Assembly (NCBI GenBank): GCA_965285935.1
Contig: OZ260662.1
Location: 104,098,001 to 104,162,000, forward strand
Length of the DNA stretch: 64,000 nt
Reading direction: 5' to 3'
DNA from: Ophelia neglecta
Taxonomy: Eukaryota
A program made the translations under genes and the position numbers. Each line of letters opens with the position of its first letter. Position 1 is the first letter of the stretch. The notes beneath the pieces are model-generated. The model was not told the DNA's origin. It did no database searches and saw only the letters and a list, made by a program, of their open reading frames with translations. Below, in pieces: positions 46,894-59,704 of the stretch.

Positions 46894-48798
46894 TTAATAG
46901 TCCAACCACTTCCTCGCGTAGGTGTCGCCCGGCCAAAAGTTCTCTTGGCACATGGAGAATCCGAGGGACCTGGACACCTCCATTATACTGGCCTGCCGTT
47001 GTGATCTGTTGCTAAGGAACAGCTTTATGCTTCCCTCCTTTGCTACCACACCTTTTTGGCGTAGATAGTCAACAAACTCCCTTTCCCCGAGTTTTCTATC
47101 TATGTTTCCTACATATAATTTTATTGTCTCTGTTCCTATGTTGGTCTCTCCAACCCATGATGGGATATGTTTCTCTTCTCCTGGGATAAGTTTGTTCCCC
47201 GCAGTCGAACGAGTACTATGATAAATTTGTGTGCCGGTTGTAGGCCTATATCTCGTTTTGTCTGGTCGCGGTGTTTTCGGAGAGTCATACGTTTCCGTGC
47301 TTGAGGTGGAATCTGCCTGCCCGTCGAGCTCATGGCCATTGGCTGCTTTTTCCGTCGGTCTCTCATGTAAATGTCCCGCGGACATGGGGCTGGCACGAGG
47401 CGGTACGAGTCGAGTCTGTGCAATGAAAAGCTGTTGATTCCATAACATAGTATTGACAGTCTGACAAAACTGTTGATTTTGTTTTGTTAAAGAGTCATGA
47501 GTTTTGCTTTTATGTTCCTCTAGGCAGGCAGCGAGATGCTCCACACGGTTGATGGCATCCTTGCGGTTCTCTTCGCATACAGTTGGGCAAAGTTCTGACC
47601 GGGGGGATTTACTGTGACACTGTGTGCTTTTGGGCTCGCCAGTGTCTTGTGGCGCGTTTTGCATCAATTCTTTCATATGTTCTCGTAGGGTCTTGATGGT
47701 GATGGAATTTTCCTTACATAGTTTTGAGAGTGAAGCTACCTTTGTGTCTCCCAAGTTATTGTTAATTTTCTTTTTGAAATCCCCATGTGAATTTATTGTT
47801 CTTTGAACTTCGAATGAGGTCTCATCTTGTTTTAGTTTAAGGCTGGTCAGTGTAGAATTTGCCTCATTGAAATGGCCTCTGAGCGCGAGTAGTTTTTCTG
47901 CGTTCTCCACTAATGTTTCTGTATTTCCTTTAATTCTATTTTGGGTATCACATTTGAGTAATTGGATCTCATTTCTCAGTTCCTTAATAACACGTTCTTG
48001 TGTGTTGCCCGTTTGCTTTGCTTTATCGAGTCTTTCGATAAATTCTTTTCTCAGTTCCTTGATAATACTTTCTTGTGTGTTACTGTTCTGCATAGATTTA
48101 TCCAGCTTTTCGGAAATCTCAGTTTTTTCTCTTTCGAGTTCTTTAACTGTAACCATGAGGCTGGTCAGCTTTACTCCAAAAATTCCCATTTGGTCCGTGA
48201 TCATTTGCAGTTCCAGGCTCCTGTGTCTAGGCATTGCAGAGTATGTATCCTGGGATTGAGAGCTTGGTTTACTTGGGGTATTCTGGGATGATTCATCAAT
48301 TCCCGGCCGGGCCGTTACAACATCTCGCAAAACATCGGGCGACTCACCTTTGATAAAACTCAGCAGTTTAAAACTGTCTCTGGCTAACTTTACTCCTATT
48401 GAGTCGCCCTTGCGGGTTTTCGGTTGCTTTCGCCGTACTAGGGTACCAAGGGGACAGTTACTAATTTGTTGTGCCTTCTCATACAAATCCCGTCTAATCA
48501 GTCCTAGTTCTTGGTCCGTCGTAGCTTTCTCTATCAGAGTTACTATAAAATTGTCCTGCGGAAGCCCATCGACGTCAAACTGGTACTTGTCAAATGTGCC
48601 AGTGGCTTGCGACGCCTGCGAGAATTCCACTTCTGTTACTTCAAGCGGGTCACCCGTGAGATTGTTTTCATAGTTGTTAACCCATGATTGTTGGCCGCAT
48701 GTAATACCAGAGAACTCCTTAAAACTGTCATTTGCTATTTCCAGGGCCGAAAACAGGGATTTTGACAGGGGCTCCATGGGGTAATTCGCTACTTCCAT
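46894..48798 (-). CDS. LINE ORF1: coiled-coil + C-terminal RRM-like domain, 634 aa
   Basis: Directly upstream of ORF2; long heptad region with an internal repeat (NTQESIIKELR / NTQERVIKELR); C-terminal IKLYVGNI...FWPGDTYARKW. Confidence 0.85.
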   Translation of the reverse strand: MEVANYPMEPLSKSLFSALEIANDSFKEFSGITCGQQSWVNNYENNLTGDPLEVTEVEFSQASQATGTFDKYQFDVDGLPQDNFIVTLIEKATTDQELGLIRRDLYEKAQQISNCPLGTLVRRKQPKTRKGDSIGVKLARDSFKLLSFIKGESPDVLRDVVTARPGIDESSQNTPSKPSSQSQDTYSAMPRHRSLELQMITDQMGIFGVKLTSLMVTVKELEREKTEISEKLDKSMQNSNTQESIIKELRKEFIERLDKAKQTGNTQERVIKELRNEIQLLKCDTQNRIKGNTETLVENAEKLLALRGHFNEANSTLTSLKLKQDETSFEVQRTINSHGDFKKKINNNLGDTKVASLSKLCKENSITIKTLREHMKELMQNAPQDTGEPKSTQCHSKSPRSELCPTVCEENRKDAINRVEHLAACLEEHKSKTHDSLTKQNQQFCQTVNTMLWNQQLFIAQTRLVPPRASPMSAGHLHERPTEKAANGHELDGQADSTSSTETYDSPKTPRPDKTRYRPTTGTQIYHSTRSTAGNKLIPGEEKHIPSWVGETNIGTETIKLYVGNIDRKLGEREFVDYLRQKGVVAKEGSIKLFLSNRSQRQASIMEVSRSLGFSMCQENFWPGDTYARKWLDY

Positions 48799-49223
48799 TT
48801 TACTTTTGGCGCTCTATTGTCAGGCCCACAGAGCACGGCCTCACAGATGTTAAATAGCCCTCTGTGAACGGCTTAAACTGACGCGTTGAGGTGAATCGCT
48901 TGGCTTTCACACCTTTTTGGCAGCGCTGGCTTGGGTTGTTTAACAGCTTTATTTGCTTCTACGATGAAATTAACAAAGGCCCTGGGCGATATAATGGCTA
49001 CCATAAGTTTTCATGGTAGAAAAAAGTTTAAAACAGTCAAAATTCGACCTTACTTTCAGCCGCACTTAGTCCCGTGTCTCCCTAAGACATTAACACACAA
49101 ATCCTAGCAGTGTCCCGTCATTTGGATGATATCTAACTCTCCGAAAAGGCAATATCTCTTTTGAGAATACAGAAAGACCCAACCAACTTGGCGCCATCTC
49201 AACTTTAGTTCAATCTATTTGTT

Positions 49224-49495
49224 GGAACTCATCGTTTGGTCTACATTCATGAGTGACATAAAGAAACTCATCGTTTTGTCTATATTCATGAGTGACATAA
49301 AGGAACTTATCGTTTTGTCTACATTCATGAGTGACGTAAAGGAACTCATCGTTTTGTCTACATTCATGAGTGACATAAAGGAACTCATCGTTTTATCTAC
49401 ATTCATGAGTGACATAAAGAACTCATCGTTTTGTCTACATTCATGAATGACATAAAGGAACTCATCGTTTTGTCTACATTCATGAGTGACATAAA
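49224..49495. repeat. 39-bp tandem repeat, 7 units (one unit 1 nt short)
   Basis: Units read directly. Confidence 0.95.
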
Positions 49496-51050
49496 GGCTA
49501 GCGATGCCAATTCATGCTTCGCCCGCGATGATGGTAACCAGTTCATAGCATGCTGCATAATCATGAAGTAGTCACGAATTCTTTTCGTGTAGTAGCAGAA
49601 GAAGGGAGACATGTTGTCAGTTATTGTCCAAAACACTTCAATTAGTTGGATAGTTATAGCACTCAGTAAGCCTATGACCTATCATGTCCCGACAATTGTC
49701 CACACAAAAGAGACAGCGTCTCAGAAGACTAAACAGTCCCACGTACTCTATAACATTAGGCGAATATTATCATATGACTTTAATTCAGTATTATGAGATT
49801 TTTCTGCCTTTTGCCTCCATGCCCCCCCCCCCACCCCCCCACCCCCACCCCCACCCCCGCTGCCTCATCCTCATCCCACCATAGTCAAAGCTCCCTAACC
49901 GCTCACATGCGGGGCAGTCTGCCTTCTTCATTCGACCTCCATTGCAAGGCGCCAACTCCCCCCCCCCTGTTTCTCCATGGTTACCTACCCCCCCCCCCCT
50001 CCCGCCTTCGCCCAAGGTATCTAAAAAGACGCAAGTTAGTCTAGTGTCATATGTCTATATGAAACGTAGGCCAAAATACAGGTGGAATAGTCTGCAAATG
50101 CATCATAGTATCACGGCATTATTCATAACTAACCGACAGAACATGACTCAGAGTAGACAATGCAACTATTATGCAGTTATGAAAATATCAATATTAAAAT
50201 AAGGAACGTTCGAAAATATGTAAATTAATTTCTGACTTAAAACCTCACCAGACTAACGTAGCTATCTATGAATTCATCCAGAGAAACATGTGGCGTCGAT
50301 CATGATATGCCTTAATTCTCACTGGCTCAATTCTATTCTACATTGAGTATGGACAAATAAACAGCATACATATAAAGGCTATTCGAATTCGGGGTTGCGC
50401 TGTAACACAATCTTGCACCGTCACCCACGTGACCGGCCGCTCCCAGTGAACGTCAGAGCAGCAACGATGAACGGACCGCGCCGGGCTACAGGACGCTTAA
50501 CACAAACAGCCATCCAGACGGCTTGATCTGATAGGACAAACCGTCTGCTAGGATCAGCTTGTACATGATCCTGCCTCGATAGTTTGAGATTTTAGATTAT
50601 GTTTTCCAATTTGAATATTTAAAATATGCAGATCTTCAATATATTGTTATTTGAATCCATGTACATTGTCGAGCATACATTTTTGCTGTTGCTGGCGCAC
50701 ACCCGACACTGGCACATCCCTTCACGGGCCATTACACAATTTAAATAATATAATACGTAGATCTATACTATTTTTTGATACTAACACCGTGCTTGCGTGT
50801 CGTAATGTAACAGCGACACGAGTCCTTAACCCTGGATATCATACACCTGCTACATCTAAAGAACTTCAACCGATCAGAACTGCGCGTGGTAGGGCTCCCA
50901 TACACATCGACTTTCCCCGACTTTCCACAGACCTAGTGGGAGTCTTCATAACATCGAGTTATCAACTTCCAGGTAAGCTTGTCTGGAGAGCTCACGGGGG
51001 TTTCTCTTGCTATTTCAGCTATTAGTGTGTACATTGCTCGTCTTGCACAG

Positions 51051-51259
51051 GGAGTCTCCGTGGTCCAGTGGTAGCGTGCTGGACCTCTGACCTCCAAGGT
51101 CTGAGTTCGAACCCAGCTTGAGAGGGCTGTTTTCAACCTAACCTTGTGTCGGGGGAGTGATTCATCAGACTTTCGCCTCATCTTTCCAAGAGACTCCCTG
51201 TCCCGATATAACCTCTCAAGTGTTGAAAGGGACGTTAAAACCCAAACATTTAACATTTA
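51051..51259 (+). mobile_element. tRNA-derived SINE (duplicated copy of 38715-38917), tail (AACATTT)x2
   Basis: TSD TCTTGCACAG at 51041-51050 and 51260-51269. Confidence 0.88.
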
Positions 51260-53156
51260 TCTTGCACAGACGAGAGTGGACGCATTGTTCATTGTTTCGA
51301 TCAAAATGAATTTGTATATTTGTTTCTAACTTATATCTCTTTATATGCTATTCAGTCTGGAACTAATTGTCAAGTACAGTCAGAGATGCTTATACCAAGA
51401 GATTGGAATCGGGTTTTTCTTATACATTGCGCAAATCGTAATAGGTTATTCGCACACGAGCTCACGCTGTACGCAGGATTTTGTGCGCGAATTTTCGAGA
51501 GCCGCTATTATGTTGCGGATGTATGTTACATCTTTTTGTAAGCGAAGCGAGACTCTTATAGTAAAGTGCATGTGTATGGTATGTAAAACAAGCCTGTTTA
51601 GCAGATAATCTTAAATGTTATGCTGTCTTTACTAATAAAAATAACGAGATCCAAAAGCAGAAAAAGAAGTTTTAGCGTCTCACGGTCTGCAATTATCATG
51701 TGTGATAGCCCACGTCTCAAATTTCTGCAATTTTGTTTTTAAGCTTTAGTATGTCGCTACAAATAGCAAAAAAGGAGATAGCTCGCGATGGGAGGCGATC
51801 CTGCTATCTTTGCATGCGGAAAAGATGTGCATACGCTTTAACTTACAGCCATTTTGTACTCTGCAATGTTAAGATTTACATAGAACATAAACAATAGAAC
51901 GTGGTCACATAACATACAGTTATTTTATTGATTTTTATATGCAGACGTACTTCTGTTTATACAAAAATATCTATTTGATACAGGACTATGTAAGTAGAGA
52001 ATTTATACTATACTGTTGTACCTGTAAAGGGTTTGTTGGAAGGGGGCCCATAGGATGAAAATAAGGGAAGTGAACGGGTCTTTATACCAATGATTTTCAA
52101 TGATTCTAGTTTATGTGATACTATTCAAAAACTGTAGTAACCTCTATATGACCTTATATAATTGTAATATTGTATTGATAACCTTCGTGAATTTTCCGTT
52201 TACTTTTCCTGAACAGCCGCTTTTATCCCAGTGTCTGGTATATTCCAGGACGTCATAACCAAATTGCTTCATCGAATGTTTGTGACAGGCCCTTATGCAA
52301 AATGGCCGCCGCTGAAATGTTGCTAAGATGGGCCTTCTGCGTTCAAATATTAATAGCTAGCTATGAGACTGGTAATAATAAGCAAATCTTGGCTAGGGCT
52401 TCAACACACTACTTTCATTAAAGATATTAAGTATTATCAGCCGCGCCTTTCTGACATGCGATAAATCTCTATGATAATTTTGACGGGCGTGTTTACCTTT
52501 CTTCTATGTCCATTTCCTTCGGGAACACGGACACATTTTTCCTGCTGATTCCAGAAAAAGACGTTATACGACGCGCTACCTTTGCGGTTCCTCTCTCTCC
52601 ATCGTGGTAATCTTGCTGTGGATCCCACTTCATCTTAAATCATTCTATAGAACTTTACATAATTCATCAACGTCTTAGGGTGGGTTCAGTCAACGCCAGT
52701 CTCGTGAGTGGTGTTGATGGGTATATTTATAAAAATCAAATGAGAGCAGTAGTATAAGAATAGAAACCATTTTATTTGCAGCCATGAATGCCTCAATAAT
52801 GGTTGTCTTCATCCCTTATGCTTAAAGTACCAATGTTCAATATTAAAGTTAGCTTTATCTCACGGATTGGTTAGATAATTAATACCTAGTTGAAAGAGCC
52901 ATTTCTCGCCTGTCCTGTGCATTATATGTAATATATTCAATCATAAAACTGCGGACAGTGGTCTTCTTTGTATTGCACAGGAGGCGAACTATGAATGCTA
53001 TATCTCATTATACAATATATGTGAATCACACATCCTCATGATACAAACAATATTTCTTAAAGCAGGTAACCGTTTAACCAATGTAAGTAATATAAAAGCT
53101 TTCTTGAGGATTCTCGATGTTACCATAAATGGAGTGCAATCCCGATTTATAGAGCT

Positions 53157-53300
53157 GCTTTAGTTTCCCATAGACAACATTTTTGCCTTGAAATGAGGTG
53201 TTGCGCCAAACTATTCCGATGGGGACCAACTGCGCCATATGGATGCAGATTTGTATCTTGTTAAATTATGAATACGATTTTGCGACTAGTTTGCTGAAGG
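53157..53300 (+). mobile_element. Degenerate Penelope-like RT fragment (paralog of 9140-9285)
   Basis: RQTIPMGTNCA...YEYDF visible in ORF 53198-53383. Confidence 0.65.
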
Positions 53301-55969
53301 GTGATCACCCTCCCTCCCCAACTACCCAAGCTGACTATTTTCCCCGGAGGAGACATTTGATTTGGCCTTGGTTGCCATGGTAACAGCCATATGAAATATG
53401 AAGCTGAGAGCCCCGCATACAATAGCCTGTAACCCTTAATATATATTTTAAATGGCAAAATAATTGATTATACCAATTAAAATAACAATTAAATCATACA
53501 TACAATCAAGCTTCCAGGGTTTGGCTCTATATCCTTTGCATGGTGTACGTTTTGACACTGAGATTCGACCTGAAGTAAAGCCATATATTGAGCTTTTACT
53601 CTTTTTTTTAACGAGAAGTAAAATTTTGTCCGATACTTTGCCCCGGCCATCGAGTGTCCTGGTGCCACATTTTCTTTTTGTATTTATTTATTTCACAAGC
53701 CTTCTCCAAACGTCTCTAAGACCAGGGAAACTTTTCCGGATGAAGTCGAAATAAAATATCACCTTAATTAATAAGAAATAAATGCTTGCTAAATACAGTT
53801 ATATGTTTAATTGGCTGTATTAAGCTTTAACATTTTTGCGAATTAGCTACCATATTCACAGGAAGGTACGGTCATCATCATAACGGCTAGTGACAAATAT
53901 AAGGAATTTCCACATATCTTATATCTATTCTCAACGAAACTTTTATTAACGATATCTTACTCAAAATGTATCTGTTTAAAATGAGCAAAACCCTGTTCAA
54001 AGTTATATAGTAGCATAATAAATATGGTACGGTGACCATACAGTTTGTTTACATGGCCGTAATGAGTTGCTGTTGAGGAGGAGTAACGGTTTCACCAATT
54101 ATATTATGAAAAATGTATTATTTTCACCAGGCCTTAGAGGCAATCTGCTATAAGTAGATAAATCTTCCATTGTTCGATGTTTTGATGACTAGGACTTTGT
54201 TTAAGTAATTTAGGCTAGAATAAGTGTTCAAGTCCCGTTAATATGCCGTAATATGGGCACAAAAATGACAATTGTATATGTTCTCTTGGGTTTACAATAC
54301 TGGTGCAGTTGTGGCACCGGTATAAGTATGGAGGATTCGCAGATTGTTAGCTCCGGTAATCAACAATCTTTTCTACATGTTTTATACCGTTTACATTGGC
54401 CACACTTCTAAAACTGAAGTGTATTGCACGTAAGACACCTACAACGCAGTATTACACGTTTCCCTTAGCTGTCTCCTGCTGATTGACTACTTGAAGTCGT
54501 AAACAAACGAACAGCCTTGTGTGATAAGAAGCGTGTATACAATTGAATTGACTTTTGTATGACTTGCACTATAAAAGAACGTTTACATGGTAGAATTATA
54601 CAAACAGCCAATTAACAATAAAATGTCTCTACAATATTGATTCAATCTGTACAAATTTGGTGTCGAATTGAACGATTTGTAACATTTTTTTTATTCCAAT
54701 GAAAGGTTTTACATGCTTGTCATAAATCACAAGTTAATGTCTAAGAGTGTCATAACGTAGACGATGACTTTCTATCATAAGTTGTCCTTCAACTTCGAGT
54801 TAAACCAAGATAGATATTCAGGGCCTTTCCTGTATTCAAAAACCTAAATTAATTACAATATACTATTACTTTAGTCTAGTATCTAGTAGGTTTTACTATT
54901 GTCTGATTATAATATGTATATTCTTATTGACAAGTAGATGTTATGCAGTGCATTGGCAAAATGTGAGACAAGTAAATTACAGGACATTTACAGTAATACC
55001 TCAGGTCCTTAGTTACGACACAACAGAACAGTTCGGTTAGCGTATAGAGAACAGTTCAATTCATTTCACAAGGAGCCTCCAGAGTTTTAAAGGGGGAAGG
55101 AGTGTAGAAAAGCAGGGAAATCAAAAATTTCACTATAAATAGGAATTTCCATTCTAATTACAGTTAAATACATTATCTACTAGTTTACCCAAAATTGATA
55201 ACAATTATTTACGTCATTTAAATGTTAGGCTTCGAGATATTTCAGAGAATATCAGGTTAAATACAAAATTAATGGTAATTAATTAATAACTTCCATTGGA
55301 CTGTTGTGATCCTATAGGGAATATTCCCCAAAGTGCGGTATCACGAGGTTGTCGTTCGAGTGCGAGTGATGTAGCACTTTGTGACAAAGTTCCAATTCAA
55401 TTTCAATTCAATTCAAACTGATAAGAGAAATAAAAATAAAATAAATCACGCATATAAAACCAAATAAACGATCAATTATTTCCGTTACAAGAATAAGTAT
55501 CAATTACTAACAGTATTGTTAGGGAACTGGGCGATAATGCCGGTGGGGCAGCCAGTGGTTCCTGTTGAATTTGGACCAATTTATTGGGCATTTCTTGACT
55601 AGCGATTTTGCTTTATCTGCCGGACCTCCACTTCCGCTTTTTTTTATTGAAAATGAGGCCAATGTTAAAAATGAAAAGCCTATACCTGTAGCATAAGGAG
55701 GGGGGGGGGTACAAAGCCAGGTTTGACAGCGTTTTAAAGTGGCTTATATGAAGGAGACAATATTTCGCGTCAATATGATAAAGAACAGTTTCGAGCTATG
55801 GGTAAAAATGGTGTCGCTGGCCTTTGGGGCAGCTTTACACAGCATGTAGTGAAGAGCGGAGTAATTTGGAAGTTCATTTTTATATGAAAAAAAATTAATA
55901 GCAAAGTCCATTAGAAAACAAAACTGACAGCTTTTGTCAACAGTTTAAGAGAGTTACCAGAAAATGCAA

Positions 55970-56048
<79 letters not shown>
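55970..56048. repeat. (CT)n microsatellite just upstream of discoidin copy C
   Basis: ~39 CT units; much shorter at the paralogous site 11938-11972. Confidence 0.95.
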
Positions 56049-56051
<3 letters not shown>

Positions 56052-56179
56052 CTAGATATGAACCTTAGTCACGTATGGCGGTATGAACTATAAAATATTA
56101 TCATCCATACTCCGTCATGTTTGTTTTATTATTAAACACAATCCGTCATTTATTTTTAGTTCAACAATAGACACGGCTG

Positions 56180-59100
56180 ATGGGTGCTTCCACCGGCATG
56201 TTTCCTAAGGCAATGGTTGTTCTACTCTTTTGGGGTAGCTTCCGCCAAATTGTACCATGTGAGGTGTTACCGAAGGCAATGTTGGAAAATACTCAACAGC
56301 AATTGATTGAATTGAAGGAGGCAATTTCTAGTAAGAACACTTAAATCCCTTTCTGATATTATTTTAATACAATTTAGCGCTACTTCTGTGGTGGATATTG
56401 GTAGATTGAATAACGGGCTAATAGTAAGTCAGAGCTGCACATAGTGGGAATACGTTTAAGGAAACGGCCAACGAGGACAAATATATTCTTTACTTCCATT
56501 TCATCCAATGGTTTTAAAGACTTAGTGTCAACATGCTATTATTTACCGTTATTATACAATGTGCCCGTTTAGTTAAATACATGCATGTTTTTTTTTCAGA
56601 TATGACAGAGATCCTCTACTGGGATGACGACAATGAAGGTATGAACAACGCTGACGCTAAAAATTTGCAGATAACCTGTAATACTAAATGTTAAGAGTAT
56701 TTAAGTTAACTGTATACCTTGCAGCGTAATACTGCGTTTGAGTTTTCAGACATAAGGTGTTTAACTCGAAAGATGCGATTCATTAGTAGCACAATCCCGT
56801 AGTTCACTGAGTCAAAGTATCCAGGCCAGTAGCAGTTTTGACAACAGTTGTCGTTCTAGCTAACAGGAGTCAGGTTCTGATATTACTCCCCGTGAGCAGG
56901 ATTCTGCATCACCTTACATCTTGATTCAGAACGATGATCCACAGTGGTCCTAACAGAACAATAGACCACAGTGGTCTTGACAGATTCATTGGTCCGCCAG
57001 ACAGGATGGGACAGGGTACCCGATGAGATCGGCTTTTCTGTCAAGTTAGTGTGGGCACGGCGGTGCCAAAACCGACTAGGTTCAAAAATGTGAAGCTGAA
57101 CAAACGTTTCTGGTGGCTTTTGGCACCAGACACTCATATAATGAAAGGCCCATTACCTTTCTGGGATCGCGGAACCACACATGTCACGTTTGTGATAGTT
57201 CCTGTCGGTCAGGTAAACGTGGAAAATATCAATTATGAGACCAACCGAATGTGTGAATTGAGAGGCTTAAAAAAATAGACGGGTCTTCTATCTAGAGCAA
57301 GCATCTCCGGCGAGACAAGGTTCATTTGAATGATACTGAAAAAAGTGAACTAATATTGGCCATATTCCATCGTCTTTTATGGCCTACGCCAAAAGGTCAC
57401 ACTTCTAAGTACGGTGGTCTCACCAGTGAAACAGGACCAGTATAGCCTTATTAACTAATTACCGAAACGTGACAGCACAAAATGCCGTTTCAAAATAAGC
57501 CACATTAATATTCATAACTTTGGAGCAAATAGAGCAGCTTAGAAATTCATGAGGTGACAATGCTATTGACAAATTATCATTGAATGTCCCATTTTTAATC
57601 GAACAATATATGATGGTGACATTGATATTAGTTAAACTATGTACCGAACTGACAGAGGTAGCAGACACGGAGGAGGGGTGGCCTTGTATGTCTAAAGATG
57701 GCATTTGTCACACTCTTGTAAATAACTCGGAGAACGGAGTTGAATGGAATGATAGTCGGTACAATCATAGATATAGAAAATACATTATACATATCTATGG
57801 TACAATGTACAGGCCTCCCTCTGCCGAAAATAGCTGTTCGAGATCATGTTGGACGACATCGAATCTGCTACAGGCGATTCACATTCCGTTTTACTCGGTG
57901 GTCTCAATTTTAATTATGGCCATTATTGTTCACTTCCCACGAATATTGTCCATTATATCGAGGAGCTCCTGTTCCTAACGATAGCCATATAATTATTTTG
58001 TCAGCGGAGATTTCTCCTACGATTGCCGTGGCAGGCCATCTTAGAAGAAAAGGTAAACGTTAGCCCAGTGTTGATAGTATACACTACTGTTTTTCTGCCA
58101 CATTTTTAATTATTGTTTAACAATATTTAACATGGTGTTATTGAAGTGATAAGAACCTTACATCAAATTAAAAGATTCGAAAACAGAGCAGCCCGCTTTA
58201 TTTGACTACAGCGTTTCACGGTCTGGATATAGTCCAGAAACATGGCTTACAACCCTTCGCTGAGCGTAGAGAATATTTCGTGAACATTCTCACTTTTAAA
58301 TGTATTATAATCAAGCTCCTGTCATGTTAGAGGAAAGTTTAACCTTGGTTCAGGAACTAAAATCGCGTAACACATGCCTAATCAACTCTTATTCAATGGT
58401 TACTAAACGTCTCCAATATGCGATTGTGACCCAGGCCTTTGAGTAAAATAGTGATATAAGATACCCGACTAAAGTCCACTCCTGCAAAAGGCCGAGTAAG
58501 TTATTAAATGATTGGCCTTGCTCCTATGTCGTTTATTATCATTATTATGGTGATGTTGCAGTTCATACAGTTTTATTAACCTTACGTATTTGTAATTGTT
58601 CTTTTTATGGGTTTTATTTAGCGTGTTATGCAATTAATTGTTATGTTATTAATTGTGTGTGGACTAGAGACAATGTAACTGGGACGAACACCTGCGGCAG
58701 ACAGGGCTATTCAGAACAACGAAATTTGACAATAAATAAATAAATCCCATGAAGATTGCTGGGCTTATGGTAAACAAACACTCTAGATATGTTGATTCTG
58801 CCCATTTAGAGCGCTAAATCAGCTGTATAAAAATTAGGATTTTATTAATCCCTTGCAGCATTGATTAGTGGACGTAACTCTGTACCAGACAGCGGTTTAA
58901 CTGCTTCCAGCTCACACCCGGATCTTCCACCACGATGCTCTCGTCTCGGGATCCCTACTCCTGCCACCTGTGATAATGCGGCCTGGCATCCAAACCGTCC
59001 GTTTGAGAATAGTTGGATCCAGGTATCGAATCATTTAATCAACATTAATGATGCAAATGAATTTTTATTATGAATTATATTATCATCCTTCGAGGTTTTT

Positions 59101-59704
59101 ATCTATGAACTTTGGTTTGGATGATGATGATGAATAGAAGAAATAAAAATTGATTTCCTGAAAGGTTGATTTGGGCCGGACTTTTGACATCCACGCTGTG
59201 GAAACCAAAGGCCGAGCCAATAACGAACAATGGACAATGACGTATCGCATAGATTGGCTGGATCAAACCCTTTCTCGATTTGTTTCTTACCTTGATCCAC
59301 AGCACCAGGGAGTAAAGGTTAGTTATACATTCCTCAAAAAACAGTTATGGTGTTTGGTTCACCATATTTCTTCTGATTAACTATTGATTCACCTCTTCAA
59401 TGAATTTAGTACCAGCTGTGGTGAAAAAGGGACAACGTAGCACCACTTTATACGTCGGAAAAATTGAAAATTGAGCTCTGCTAGCGAGTTGTCCATTTTT
59501 CTTAATCGCCTCTAATAAAACATGCAACATTTTTGTTTTTAAAAATGACACTCTTTGCAGACGTTTGTTGGCAATTCTGGTCGCGACACTCTTAAAAGAA
59601 ATAGATTCAGTCCCCCGATCAGAGCTAGAGTGGTGAGGCTTTATCCACTTACCTGGCACAAAGTTCCTTCTCTCCGCTGGGAGTTGTATGGTAAACCAGT
59701 CTAA
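56180..59704 (+). CDS. Secreted coiled-coil + F5/8 type C (discoidin) domain protein, copy C, 216 aa; coding exons 56180-56330, 56600-56638, 58859-59022, 59165-59317, 59561-59704
   Basis: Same exon phases as copy A; 651 nt with no internal stop; motifs LTASS, AAW, WIQVDLG, AVETKGR, QWTMTY, FSPPIRARVVRLYP, LRWELYG; AATAAA at 59741. Confidence 0.9.
57500..58745 (+). mobile_element. Degenerate CR1/L2-type LINE relic in intron 2 of copy C, with 3' (AATA)n tail
   Basis: Same broken APE/RT motifs as 13410-14065, continuing to AATAAATAAATAAAT at ~58731-58745. Confidence 0.72.

Larger units (their letters stand above)
43050..49199 (-). mobile_element. Full-length two-ORF non-LTR retrotransposon (RTE-X/CR1-like, clade tentative)
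   Basis: ~400-bp 5' UTR, ORF1, ORF2, 3' UTR ending GGAGGAATAAAG(AT)n; both ORFs uninterrupted. Confidence 0.95.
49200..52355 (+). repeat. Right copy of the ~3.15-kb host duplication
   Basis: Starts at CAACTTTAGTTCAATC right at the LINE 5' end (equivalent to 36863) and ends at ...CAAATATTAATA (equivalent to 43049). Confidence 0.93.

Noticed and set aside
40264-48673. Numerous plus-strand ORFs inside the LINEs (and 62000-63408)
   Set aside because: Antisense shadows of long RT/ORF1 frames with no recognisable motifs.
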